A stretch of DNA of 64,000 nucleotides from Minisyncoccota bacterium. Its GTDB lineage: Bacteria; Patescibacteriota; Microgenomatia; UBA1400; PJMF01. The stretch spans positions 65,138 to 129,137 of the forward strand of contig JABHWM010000005.1 in assembly GCA_018657765.1 (NCBI GenBank). The letters are read 5' to 3'. Each line of letters begins with the position of its first letter. The stretch's first letter is position 1. Made by a program: the position numbers and the translations under genes. The notes under the pieces were generated by a model. The model had not been told where the DNA came from, ran no database searches, and was given only the letters and a program-made list of their open reading frames with translations. This document shows, one piece after another, positions 28,639-37,877 of the stretch.

Positions 28639-29678
28639 AAGTATTAATAGATGTTAGACCTCTTTCTTCTGGACATGCTGTCCGGGGAGTAGGGATGTAT
28701 ACCAGATTTTTGACTGAAGCTTTAGAAAAGAAAAAGAAAGTAGGGGAGTTTGAGATTTATCGTTCTGGTCTGGAGGATCTTCCTAAAGCAGATATTATTC
28801 ATTATCCATTTTTTGATTTATTTTTTACAACACTCCCCTTCCGTAGAAAGGGGAGAACAGTGGTTACTATTCATGATGTGATTCCACTTCTTTTTCCAAA
28901 ACAATATCCTTCAGGTAAAAAAGGTAAATTATCCTTTATTAGACAAAAACTAGCTCTGAAAACAGTTGATGTAATTTTGACTGATTCTGAAGCTTCCAAG
29001 AAAGATATTATCTTTTACTTGGGTGTACCAGCAGAGAAAGTAAAAGTAGTTTATCTAGCTGCCAATCCTTTTCTGCATCCAGTTAATGATCATAAGGCAG
29101 AAACAATTCGTAAGAAGTTAAATCTACCCAAAACATATGTCTTGTATGTGGGGGACATTAATTATAATAAAAATGTTCCACAATTAATCAAAGCACTCAA
29201 GTATTTACCAAGACATGTTAATCTTGTTTGTGTAGGTAGAAATTTTATGCCGCAGGAAATTCCAGAATGGAAAGCTATTGAAGCACAACTGGCTCTTTCT
29301 AATGTAGAAAATAGAGTTACTTTTATGCCTAATATCTTATCTGATGATTATGAAACTCTAGCTGCTGTTTATTCTGGGTCACTCACTTATTTACAACCAT
29401 CTTTATATGAAGGTTTTGGATTGCCACTACTAGAAGCTATGCGATGTAATACTCCTGTAATTAGTGCCAAGAATTCTTCTCTAAAAGAAGTTGGGGGAGA
29501 TGTTGTTATATATTCTGGTACTACTGCAGAAGAATTTGCAGAAAAAATAGAAATGATTTTGGAAATGCCTGCAAGTAAAAGAAAAGAAATGATAGAAAAA
29601 GCGAATAAATGGGAGAAGAAGTTCTCTTGGGATAAAACAGCTAAAGAAACATTAGAAGTTTATAAATCACTGGTTTAA
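28635..29678 (+). CDS. GT-B fold glycosyltransferase (GT4)
   Basis: The track ORF starts at GTG 28614. The in-frame ATG at 28635 forms an ATGA overlap with the upstream stop (MKVLIDVRPL...). Blocks YVLYVGDINYNKN and LQPSLYEGFGLPLLEAMRCNTPVISAKNSSLKEVGGD. Confidence 0.8.
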   Translation: MKVLIDVRPLSSGHAVRGVGMYTRFLTEALEKKKKVGEFEIYRSGLEDLPKADIIHYPFFDLFFTTLPFRRKGRTVVTIHDVIPLLFPKQYPSGKKGKLSFIRQKLALKTVDVILTDSEASKKDIIFYLGVPAEKVKVVYLAANPFLHPVNDHKAETIRKKLNLPKTYVLYVGDINYNKNVPQLIKALKYLPRHVNLVCVGRNFMPQEIPEWKAIEAQLALSNVENRVTFMPNILSDDYETLAAVYSGSLTYLQPSLYEGFGLPLLEAMRCNTPVISAKNSSLKEVGGDVVIYSGTTAEEFAEKIEMILEMPASKRKEMIEKANKWEKKFSWDKTAKETLEVYKSLV

Positions 29679-29684
29679 AAGAAT

Positions 29685-31385
29685 ATGAATTTAATAAAAA
29701 ATTATCTTTGTAAAAAAATACCTTTTGTTAATAGGTCACTTAAGATCTTGAGGTTATTTATTTTTTTAATTTTGGTAGGACTTCCCTTTTTTGCTTTAAT
29801 AAAACCTTACTTTCATAGTGGAGTGCCATATACTCATGATGGAGAAAACCATTTGGCTAGATTTGCCAACTATAAAGTTGCTCTAAAAGAAGGCCAATTC
29901 CCACCACGCTTTGCACCTAATCTTAATAATCATTATGGCTATCCTGTTTTTAACTATAACTATCCACTAGCTAATATTTTATCTGTGCCGATGAGTGCTG
30001 TGGGAATTTCTTATGAAATAACCTTCAAGCTGTTAATGATTACGGCATTAGTAATAGGAGCCTTTGGCGTGTCAGCTTGGTTAAAAGCCTTGAATTTTAA
30101 AAACAGATCTATTCGTTTCCTGAGTATAGCGAGTTTACTATTAGCTCCATTTACAGTGAATCTTGTTTATGTCAGAGGAAGTATCGGAGAGATCTGGGCT
30201 TTGGCTTTATTCCCATGGCTATTATGGTTATCTCACGAGATTAAAGAAAAGAAGAAAGTAAGTTGGTTAGCAAGTATAACTATTTTAACGTCATTTCTAT
30301 TAGCTCATAATGTCTCTGTTTTATTTGGTGGAATAGTCTGGGGTATTTATACTTTAATTATCTTCCAAAAAGAAAAATCAGCTTGGAAATTATTACTTCA
30401 GAGAGGATCCATTTCTTTGGGAATGAGTTTATGGTTCTGGTTACCAGCAATGATGGAAAAAAACCAAATAATTCTAGATAATTCTGGTCTTTCCAATCAG
30501 TTTTCAAATCATTTTGTGGGACTTCTACAGCTCATTACAGCTCCTCTGAAGTTTGGTTATTCTTATACATCTCCAGTAGATACAATCAGTATGGCTGTTG
30601 GCCTAAGTGGATTTATAGCTTTGATTTTGGGAACAGTTATTCTTCTAAAAAGAAAAGTTGTTGTTTTAAAATCAAAACAAGCTTGGGTTTTATTAATTCT
30701 TTCTTGGATAATGTTTATTTTTCAAACCCAAATTACTGGGAATATTTGGCGAATAATTCCGTTAGTTCAATTTATTCAGTTTCCTTGGAGATTGAGTCTT
30801 TATTTTACTATCTTGATTTTACCGGTACTGGCAATGGTGATGAATTATCATTCTAGTTTCAAAAAAATATTAACAGCAGTCTTAATCATGCAGTTAATAG
30901 CGGTAATGAGATTTTCTCCGGCAGATTATTTCCATCGCAACACAATTGATTACGATTTATTTACTCAAAGCACTAGTACTGCTAATGAGAATCTACCAAA
31001 GACTTTTACATATAAAAACATTGCTGATTGGGCTCCAGAGCCTAGTGTTTTACAAGGTCAGGCTTCAATATCAGTGACTAGCTGGACTGGGAGTAAAAGA
31101 GCTTATTCTGTAGATGCTAGTGAACAAACACTGTTAGTAGAACCAACCATGTATTTCCTGGGTTGGGAGACATTAGCAAACCATAGCGAGGTTATCTATG
31201 CAGATATGAAAGAGACTGACGGTAGAATTGGATATTGGCTAGAACCTGGTGAGTATGAAATTGTTTCCCAATTTACTCAAAAAACTTGGCCTAGATTAGT
31301 GGGTAACAGTATTAGTGTGATCAGTGCAGCTATTGCTTCTTGGTTTATTGTTCATGAAATAGCAAAATTCAAGATAAAAAAATAA
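29685..31385 (+). CDS. YfhO/PTPS-related-type GT-C membrane protein (family B, copy 3)
   Basis: Blocks HLARFANYKVALKEGQFPPRFAPNLNNHYGYPVFNYNYP, FIQFPWRLS, and a C-terminal YFLGWETLANHSEV...PGEYEIVSQF. Confidence 0.6.
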   Translation: MNLIKNYLCKKIPFVNRSLKILRLFIFLILVGLPFFALIKPYFHSGVPYTHDGENHLARFANYKVALKEGQFPPRFAPNLNNHYGYPVFNYNYPLANILSVPMSAVGISYEITFKLLMITALVIGAFGVSAWLKALNFKNRSIRFLSIASLLLAPFTVNLVYVRGSIGEIWALALFPWLLWLSHEIKEKKKVSWLASITILTSFLLAHNVSVLFGGIVWGIYTLIIFQKEKSAWKLLLQRGSISLGMSLWFWLPAMMEKNQIILDNSGLSNQFSNHFVGLLQLITAPLKFGYSYTSPVDTISMAVGLSGFIALILGTVILLKRKVVVLKSKQAWVLLILSWIMFIFQTQITGNIWRIIPLVQFIQFPWRLSLYFTILILPVLAMVMNYHSSFKKILTAVLIMQLIAVMRFSPADYFHRNTIDYDLFTQSTSTANENLPKTFTYKNIADWAPEPSVLQGQASISVTSWTGSKRAYSVDASEQTLLVEPTMYFLGWETLANHSEVIYADMKETDGRIGYWLEPGEYEIVSQFTQKTWPRLVGNSISVISAAIASWFIVHEIAKFKIKK

Positions 31386-31387
31386 AA

Positions 31388-32614
31388 GTGAAAAATACTC
31401 CTTATAAAAAACTATTTTTTGTTACAGTAATTTGGCGATTTATTCTTTTATTAGTGGGGTATCTAGCTGATTCTTTTATTGTTTATGCCCCAAGCTTTCC
31501 TCATTACACAATAATGCTTGCCTCGATGAATTTACCTCGTTGGCTATATTCTTGGGGTAATTTTGATGGAGTTCATTACTTAACGATAGTTTCTGAAGGA
31601 TATTTTGGAACTGGTCTGATCCAAGCTTTCTTTCCTGTTTTTCCTGGATTAATAACTATTTTCAAGAAATTTTTTCAGATCACTGGTTTATCTTCAGTAA
31701 TACCAGGATTGTTTTTAGTAATGTTTTTTATATTCCAGCTAATAGTTGCTTATGGAGTAGTTTTATTATTATTTACTTTTGTCAAAGATTTATTAAGAAA
31801 AACTAATAAACAAGCTTGGTGGACAGTGATTGCATTTTTAAGTTTTCCTACAAGTTTATTTTTTGGAGCTTTATATAATGAAGGCCTTTTTCTATTACTA
31901 GTGCTAGGAAGTTTCTGGGCAGCACATCATAAAAAATGGTGGTTAGCTGGGGTACTAGGGATGATAATTTCTGCTACTAGAGTAGTTGGTCTGGCTATCT
32001 GGCCGGCTTTATTACTGGAGCTATGGCTTTCTGTAAATAAAATAAAAAAACTGACTGATCTACAAAAGAACATAAAAATTAAAAAACTTTTAGAATTTAT
32101 CAAAAAAGAATCGAGAAACATAACTGTAGTAAGTCTGACTTTACTAGGTCTTGGAAGTTATATGTTTTATCTGTGGAGAGTCTTTGGTGATCCATTGTAC
32201 TTCTTTCATCTTCAAAGTGAGTTCGGGGCGGGGAGACAAGAAGGAATTATTTTACTTCCTCAAGTTATTTGGAGATACATAAAAATCTTTATGACAGTCC
32301 CCCATGATTGGAAGTTTTTTAGCTTTATTCAAGAGTTTATATTTTCATTAGTTACTTTGGGATCATTATTAATTTTTTGGAAAAAAATAAGACCATCTCA
32401 CTTATTATTTTCTTTATTGGTTTTTATTCTACCTACTTTGACAGGAACCTTATCTAGTATGCCTAGATACATCTTGGTTTGTTTTCCTATATATTTTTTA
32501 CTAGGTGAGTTTTTGGAAAAAAATAAAATAATAAGGGGTTTTGCTCTCGCTTTGAGCTGGTTGTTGCTTATAATAAATACACTCTTGTTTATACAAGGTT
32601 ATTGGGTGGCTTAG
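31388..32614 (+). CDS. PIG-V-like (GT76-type) GT-C membrane mannosyltransferase-like protein
   Basis: GTG start. 408 aa multi-pass protein. The first-loop block WGNFDGVHYLTIVSEGY matches the W-x-x-W/F-D-x-x-H/W-Y-L-x-I-A-x-x-G-Y signature of the PIG-V mannosyltransferase family. Confidence 0.5.
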   Translation: MKNTPYKKLFFVTVIWRFILLLVGYLADSFIVYAPSFPHYTIMLASMNLPRWLYSWGNFDGVHYLTIVSEGYFGTGLIQAFFPVFPGLITIFKKFFQITGLSSVIPGLFLVMFFIFQLIVAYGVVLLLFTFVKDLLRKTNKQAWWTVIAFLSFPTSLFFGALYNEGLFLLLVLGSFWAAHHKKWWLAGVLGMIISATRVVGLAIWPALLLELWLSVNKIKKLTDLQKNIKIKKLLEFIKKESRNITVVSLTLLGLGSYMFYLWRVFGDPLYFFHLQSEFGAGRQEGIILLPQVIWRYIKIFMTVPHDWKFFSFIQEFIFSLVTLGSLLIFWKKIRPSHLLFSLLVFILPTLTGTLSSMPRYILVCFPIYFLLGEFLEKNKIIRGFALALSWLLLIINTLLFIQGYWVA

Positions 32615-32659
32615 TTTCTTTGATGATAAAAGCTCAATAAAAAAAATGAAAGGTTACTT

Positions 32660-33577
32660 ATGAAGATTTTAATTACTGGAGGTGCAGGATTTATTGCTTC
32701 TCATGTAGCAGACGCTTATGTTGCAAATGGTCATGAGGTAGTTATCGTAGATAATCTTTCTACTGGTAAAACAAAATTTGTTCCAGAAAAAGCTAAGTTT
32801 ATCGAGGCAGATATTACAGACAAAGAAACTATCCAAAGAATCATCCGTGAAGAAAAACCAGAGGTAATTAATCACCATGCTGCTCATATTCAGGTAGGTT
32901 ACTCTGTAGAAAATCCTCAATTTGATGCAGAAAACAATATTATTGGTATCTTGAATATCATGGAAGCTGCCAAAGATATCGGTGTAAAAAAAGTAATCAT
33001 GGCCGCTACTGGTGGGGCTATGTATGGTAATAAACAAACGCCTTTTGATGAGACTATGAAAGAACAACCTTTGTCTCCTTATGGTATCTCCAAGAGAGCT
33101 GGAGAGTTATATCTCAATTATTATCATGAACTATATAATATTCCTTTTGTTTCTCTGAGATACTCTAATGTCTATGGCCCACGTCAAAATGCTCATGGAG
33201 AATCTGGAGTAGTAGCTATTTTTTCTGAAATGATCATGGCTGGTAAAACACCACTAATTAATGGTGATGGTACTCATACTAGAGATTATGTTTATGTCGG
33301 TGATGTGGTAAAAGCTAATTTATTAGCTTTAGAGACAGAATTTGTTGGAGAACTGAATATCGGTACAACTACAGAGATAAGTACTAATGAAGTCTTCGAT
33401 ATAGTAGTGACAGAACTTGGATCAGATATAAAGAAAGAATATGGCCCAGCAAGACCTGGAGAACAAGTTACTAGCTCTTTGAGTTACCAAAAAGCCAAAG
33501 AAGTCTTGGGATGGGAACCAGAGATGAGTTTTCCTGAAGGCGTTAAAAAAGTAGCTGCCTGGTATAAGGAGCAGTAA
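32660..33577 (+). CDS. NAD-dependent sugar-nucleotide epimerase (UDP-glucose 4-epimerase-like extended SDR)
   Basis: Blocks ILITGGAGFIASHV, catalytic YGISK, and RYSNVYGPRQ. Substrate cannot be assigned from sequence alone. Confidence 0.75.
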   Translation: MKILITGGAGFIASHVADAYVANGHEVVIVDNLSTGKTKFVPEKAKFIEADITDKETIQRIIREEKPEVINHHAAHIQVGYSVENPQFDAENNIIGILNIMEAAKDIGVKKVIMAATGGAMYGNKQTPFDETMKEQPLSPYGISKRAGELYLNYYHELYNIPFVSLRYSNVYGPRQNAHGESGVVAIFSEMIMAGKTPLINGDGTHTRDYVYVGDVVKANLLALETEFVGELNIGTTTEISTNEVFDIVVTELGSDIKKEYGPARPGEQVTSSLSYQKAKEVLGWEPEMSFPEGVKKVAAWYKEQ

Positions 33578-33580
33578 AGC

Positions 33581-34276
33581 TTGAAAAAAAAGCACTCTCA
33601 AGTTAAAGATATTTTTTCAGAGACCTGGATTGTTATACCTGGATATAACGAGGCCAAATATATCTCTTCTGTGCTCAAAAAAGTCACCAAGAAAACAAAA
33701 AATATTATTTATGTAGATGATGGATCTGCAGATAACTCTACTGAGATTGCCAAGAAATTCCCGATTCATGTCTTGAGACATGAGATAAATCTCGGTAAAG
33801 GTGCCGCTCTACAAACAGGCTGTGATTATGCTTTTTATAATATGAAGGCCAAGGCCGTGATTATGATGGATGGAGATGATCAACATGATGCAGAAGAGAT
33901 TCCTCTTTTCCGTAAGCGACTCGAAGAAGGAAGCTCCTTAGTTTTGGGGGCCAGATCTCTTTTTAGCTCTATGCCTTTGGTAAGAAAAATAGGTAATGGA
34001 TTTGTCTCTGGGGTAGTAATGCTGCTTTTTGGAAGATATATTCCAGATATTTTATCTGGATATAAGGCTTTTACTGCAGAAGTTTATGAAAAAATAAAAT
34101 GGTCAGCTAATGACTATAGTGTAGAGCTGGAAATTGCAGCTAATATAGCCAAGAAAAGGCTAGGATTTTCTCTTGTTTCTATAGAGACTATTTACCATGA
34201 TATGGATCGCGGAATGAATGTGTTAGACTCTGTTAAAGTAGTAGGGAAGATTTTATCTTTAAGATTGGGAATATGA
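33581..34276 (+). CDS. polyprenyl-phosphate glycosyltransferase (DPM1/GT2-like, soluble type)
   Basis: TTG start with GGAG 10 nt upstream. Blocks WIVIPGYNEAKYI, YVDDGSADNSTEIA, LGKGAALQTG and MMDGDDQHD. Confidence 0.65.
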   Translation: MKKKHSQVKDIFSETWIVIPGYNEAKYISSVLKKVTKKTKNIIYVDDGSADNSTEIAKKFPIHVLRHEINLGKGAALQTGCDYAFYNMKAKAVIMMDGDDQHDAEEIPLFRKRLEEGSSLVLGARSLFSSMPLVRKIGNGFVSGVVMLLFGRYIPDILSGYKAFTAEVYEKIKWSANDYSVELEIAANIAKKRLGFSLVSIETIYHDMDRGMNVLDSVKVVGKILSLRLGI

Positions 34277-34611
34277 GTATTTTTCAGATTATAGCTACGT
34301 TTTTTGCTTTGTTCATGCTTTATGTAACAAGAATTCATAAAAAACAATTAAATTTTTCTCTCAGTGAAACATTTTTCTGGTATTCTTTATGGACTTTATT
34401 TATTGTAATAGCTTTATTTCCAGATCTATTAATAGGTTTTACTCAGTTATTGCATTTTTCTAGAGTATTTGATTTATTAACTGTTGGAGCTCTGATGGTC
34501 ATCACTGTAATCGTGATTCTGAATAACTTCAATCAACGTAGAGATAGTCAAAGAATAGAAAAATTTGTTCGTGAGCATGCTATAAAAAATGCTAGTAAGA
34601 AATCTCGTTAA
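34273..34611 (+). CDS. small 3-TM membrane protein, DUF2304-like, translationally coupled to the upstream GT2
   Basis: 112 aa. ATGA overlap with ORF 33581..34276. Three hydrophobic helices then a basic C-terminal tail. The size, topology and GT2 adjacency recall DUF2304 from memory; this is unverified. Confidence 0.45.
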   Translation: MSIFQIIATFFALFMLYVTRIHKKQLNFSLSETFFWYSLWTLFIVIALFPDLLIGFTQLLHFSRVFDLLTVGALMVITVIVILNNFNQRRDSQRIEKFVREHAIKNASKKSR

Positions 34612-34632
34612 ATTTTATAAGGATTTTATCCA

Positions 34633-35427
34633 ATGGAGTTTGTGATTGTTACCCCATCATACAATCAGAAGAAGTTTCTAAAACAAACTTTACAAAGTAT
34701 TGTTGATCAAAAAAACGTGATAGTTCATCACTGGGTTTTTGATGGTGGTTCTGATGATGGTAGTAAGCAACTTTTACAAAATCATAAAAAAAATATTTAT
34801 TTTGAATCAAAAAAAGACAATGGACAGTCTGATGCTATAAACAAGGGTATTAGAAAACTTAAAAACTGGATCAAAAAAGAAAATAAAAATCCTAACGAAA
34901 TAATTTTTGCTTATCTCAATTCTGATGATTATTATTTACCCAATGCTCTAAGTACTCTTCAAAAGACATTTCAAGAAAACAAAAATACAAAATGGGTGGT
35001 TGGTGACTGCATGATAGTGAATGAAGAAAATAAAGAAATTCAAAAACCAATTAGAATTTATAAGCAATTTTGGCGATTTTTTCTTTCCAAAAGAGTTTTG
35101 GGTGTCTTAAACCCAGTTCCCCAGCCTGGTGTTTTTATCAAAGCTTCTGAAATCCTCAAAATCGGTTTTTTCAATGAGGGTCTGAACTATGTTATGGATT
35201 ATGAGTACTGGTTTAGAATTATTAATAAAATAGGTGCCCCAGAAATTATTTCTGATACTGTAGCTGCTTTTAGAATTCATAAACAATCCAAAGGGACTGG
35301 TGGGTTTGAAGATCAATTTGAAGAACAATTAAAAATAGCAAAGAAGTTTATAAAAAATCCTTTGATTCTCAAACTTCATAAGTTACATAATGCTTTGATT
35401 GTCAATTGTTATAGAATAGTAAAATAG
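34633..35427 (+). CDS. family 2 glycosyltransferase
   Basis: Blocks FVIVTPSYNQKKFLKQTLQSIVDQ, VFDGGSDDGS, QSDAINKG and LNSDDYY. Confidence 0.75.
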   Translation: MEFVIVTPSYNQKKFLKQTLQSIVDQKNVIVHHWVFDGGSDDGSKQLLQNHKKNIYFESKKDNGQSDAINKGIRKLKNWIKKENKNPNEIIFAYLNSDDYYLPNALSTLQKTFQENKNTKWVVGDCMIVNEENKEIQKPIRIYKQFWRFFLSKRVLGVLNPVPQPGVFIKASEILKIGFFNEGLNYVMDYEYWFRIINKIGAPEIISDTVAAFRIHKQSKGTGGFEDQFEEQLKIAKKFIKNPLILKLHKLHNALIVNCYRIVK

Positions 35428-36375
35428 ATGAATAAAACTACCCAACAAAAAGCTGAGCTTTCACTTGTTTTTCCAATTTTCAATGAAGAAAAGATCATTC
35501 CACTATTAAATAAAGAAATAAATAAATTTGTAAAAAAATTACCATCAAAAACAGAACTTATTTTTGTTAATGATGGTAGTACTGATAAAACTCATGATCA
35601 ATTGAAAAAAATAAAAACTAAGTATCCATTCAAAATAATTAATTTTTCAAGAAATTTTGGTCATCAGGCAGCTTTGCTTGCAGGGCTACAAGAAAGTAGT
35701 GGTGAATATGTTGTTACCCTAGATGCAGATTTACAACACCCTTTGAATATAATTCCCGAGATGCTGAAGCTTCATAAGCAAGGATACGATGTTGTTCTTA
35801 CTCAGAGGATAGATGAAAAAACTATTAATAAAAGCAAACAGTTTTTTACTAAATTATTCTACAAATTTATAAATATTCTTTCTGATACAAAAGTATTAGA
35901 GAATGGATCTGATTTTCGTTCTCTGAATAGAAAAGCTCTTACAGCTCTTCTTTCTTTACCAGAACAAAGAAAATTTCTAAGGGGCATGATTCAATGGATT
36001 GGTTACAAAACGATTATTATTCCTTTTCAAGCTAAGAAAAGAGTTGAAGGAGTAAGTAAATATAGTCTGAGCAAGATGACTAATCTAGCTTTACATGGTC
36101 TTACTTCCTCTAGTACTAAGCCACTTTATTTATCTGGAATATTTAGCATAATCTTATTTATACTGGCTTTAATATATGCGATATATGTTCTTTATGTGCG
36201 TTTTTGGGGTACTGGGATAGTGGATGGCTGGGCTAGTGTTTTGTTTGTAGTGTTGATTATAGGTGGGTTTCTTTCTCTTTTCTTGGGATTGATCGGTGCT
36301 TATATTGCAGCTATTTATGATGAGACAAAGAATAGACCTGGGTTTTTTGTTAGCTCAACTTGGAATTCAAAATGA
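35428..36375 (+). CDS. GtrB/ArnC-like polyprenyl-phosphate sugar synthase (GT2 with two C-terminal TM helices)
   Basis: Blocks LSLVFPIFNEEKIIPLL, FVNDGSTDKT, FSRNFGHQAALLAGL and LDADLQHP, plus the C-terminal TM pair LYLSGIFSIILFILALIYAIYVLYV / SVLFVVLIIGGFLSLFLGLIGAYIAAIY. Confidence 0.85.
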   Translation: MNKTTQQKAELSLVFPIFNEEKIIPLLNKEINKFVKKLPSKTELIFVNDGSTDKTHDQLKKIKTKYPFKIINFSRNFGHQAALLAGLQESSGEYVVTLDADLQHPLNIIPEMLKLHKQGYDVVLTQRIDEKTINKSKQFFTKLFYKFINILSDTKVLENGSDFRSLNRKALTALLSLPEQRKFLRGMIQWIGYKTIIIPFQAKKRVEGVSKYSLSKMTNLALHGLTSSSTKPLYLSGIFSIILFILALIYAIYVLYVRFWGTGIVDGWASVLFVVLIIGGFLSLFLGLIGAYIAAIYDETKNRPGFFVSSTWNSK

Positions 36376-37853
36376 GTTGGTTAAAAAAGTTTTTTTCTAA
36401 ACCAATAGTTTGGTTTTTAATAATATCTTTTTTCTATTTATCTCCCAATTTATTAAGCCCTCATTTTTCTTACATAGATGATGGGCAAAGTTTACTAAAT
36501 GCAAAAACCGCTTTGGCTAGCAATAACCTTAATCTTTGGAAAAATATTTTATTTGAATCAAATATCGGAAGAATAAGACCATTTTATCAACTTTATTTTA
36601 TTGTTTTATATCTAATTGGAGGAGTTAATCCTCTTGTCTTTTGGCTTGGGCAAATGACTATTTTGGCTTTTACTCTCTATGGAATATGGATATTTTTAAC
36701 TAGTTTTACAGAATTAAAGAAAAAACTTAGTTTTATATTACTTACTCTATTTTTATTTTTTCCTGCAACCATTGATAATTTTTATAGATTGGGAACAGCA
36801 GAACCAAGGCAAATCCTAGGGATAATTTGGTTTTTAGTTTGGCTAAAAAAATTAAAACTTAATAAATTGAAGATTAAAGATTATTTCTTGGGTCATTTAT
36901 TATTAGCTTTTACTCTAGGAACTAAAGAAACATCACTTCTTTTATTTCCTATGATTGGATTTTTTTTTCTTATTAGTTTTTTAGTTGAAAATAAAAAGAA
37001 AATCAAGAGAAATATATTATTTTTAAGTTCATCTTTATTTTTACAAGGGATTATTTTTTATTTACTGATGCCCAAAAATCAAGGATATGGATCATCTATG
37101 ACTATCTCTATTCCAAGGTTATGGAATAGTTTATTAGTGACACGTTTGGAGCTAGCTGAGTTCTACTTACCATTATTAGCTGTTATTTTACTAACTATCG
37201 TTCGATTAAGTTCTATTTTTAATATTAAAAAATTATTTTCAATTTTAAAGAAGTTCCTCTGGCCAGGTGTATTATTACTTGGCTTTACTGAATCTTTATT
37301 TTTTGTTTGGAGTTGGCAATATCAGCTAGAGAGATATCATTATTTACCATTATTTTTTGGATTGCTCTATAGCTGTTATGAAATTAGTCAGTGGGATAAA
37401 CAGCTATTTAATAAACTAAAAAAACAATTATTTATTTTTGTTTTTATTCCTCTTTTATTACTATTTATTAGTTTTTTTCAAATGAGAGGTCTTAATTGGA
37501 AAGCTGTTTTTGAAAGATCTTATAAATACTATTCTTTTCACTACACTACATACCAAACAGCAGGGAAATTAATTGATTTTCTATATAAAGAGTTACCAGA
37601 AAATACAAGTGTCTATATAGATCATGGTGATTATGAAAAAATAGCTGATTTGGGATATTTTGCCTCTGATTTTGGTGATAGAAAAATCACTATTTTTAGT
37701 AATAACAAAAAAATAAATAATAAGTATCCCAAAATGCATTTTTATAGATCAAATTTACAGGATGCTTATAATCAAGATGAAGACAGAAAAGTTATAATCT
37801 TATTTGATTCATCTCCAGATAGATATTTTGAGAAAACAATCAAGAATTTCTGA
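36372..37853 (+). CDS. multi-pass membrane protein, probable GT-C partner of the upstream GtrB-like enzyme
   Basis: The track ORF starts at TTG 36360. ATG 36372 forms an ATGA overlap with the GtrB-like stop. The first loop has an acidic pair (FSYIDDGQSLL). About 11 hydrophobic helices then a soluble C-terminus. Confidence 0.45.
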   Translation: MSWLKKFFSKPIVWFLIISFFYLSPNLLSPHFSYIDDGQSLLNAKTALASNNLNLWKNILFESNIGRIRPFYQLYFIVLYLIGGVNPLVFWLGQMTILAFTLYGIWIFLTSFTELKKKLSFILLTLFLFFPATIDNFYRLGTAEPRQILGIIWFLVWLKKLKLNKLKIKDYFLGHLLLAFTLGTKETSLLLFPMIGFFFLISFLVENKKKIKRNILFLSSSLFLQGIIFYLLMPKNQGYGSSMTISIPRLWNSLLVTRLELAEFYLPLLAVILLTIVRLSSIFNIKKLFSILKKFLWPGVLLLGFTESLFFVWSWQYQLERYHYLPLFFGLLYSCYEISQWDKQLFNKLKKQLFIFVFIPLLLLFISFFQMRGLNWKAVFERSYKYYSFHYTTYQTAGKLIDFLYKELPENTSVYIDHGDYEKIADLGYFASDFGDRKITIFSNNKKINNKYPKMHFYRSNLQDAYNQDEDRKVIILFDSSPDRYFEKTIKNF

Positions 37854-37877
37854 GTAAAATAAGGTATAAAGGGGTAT

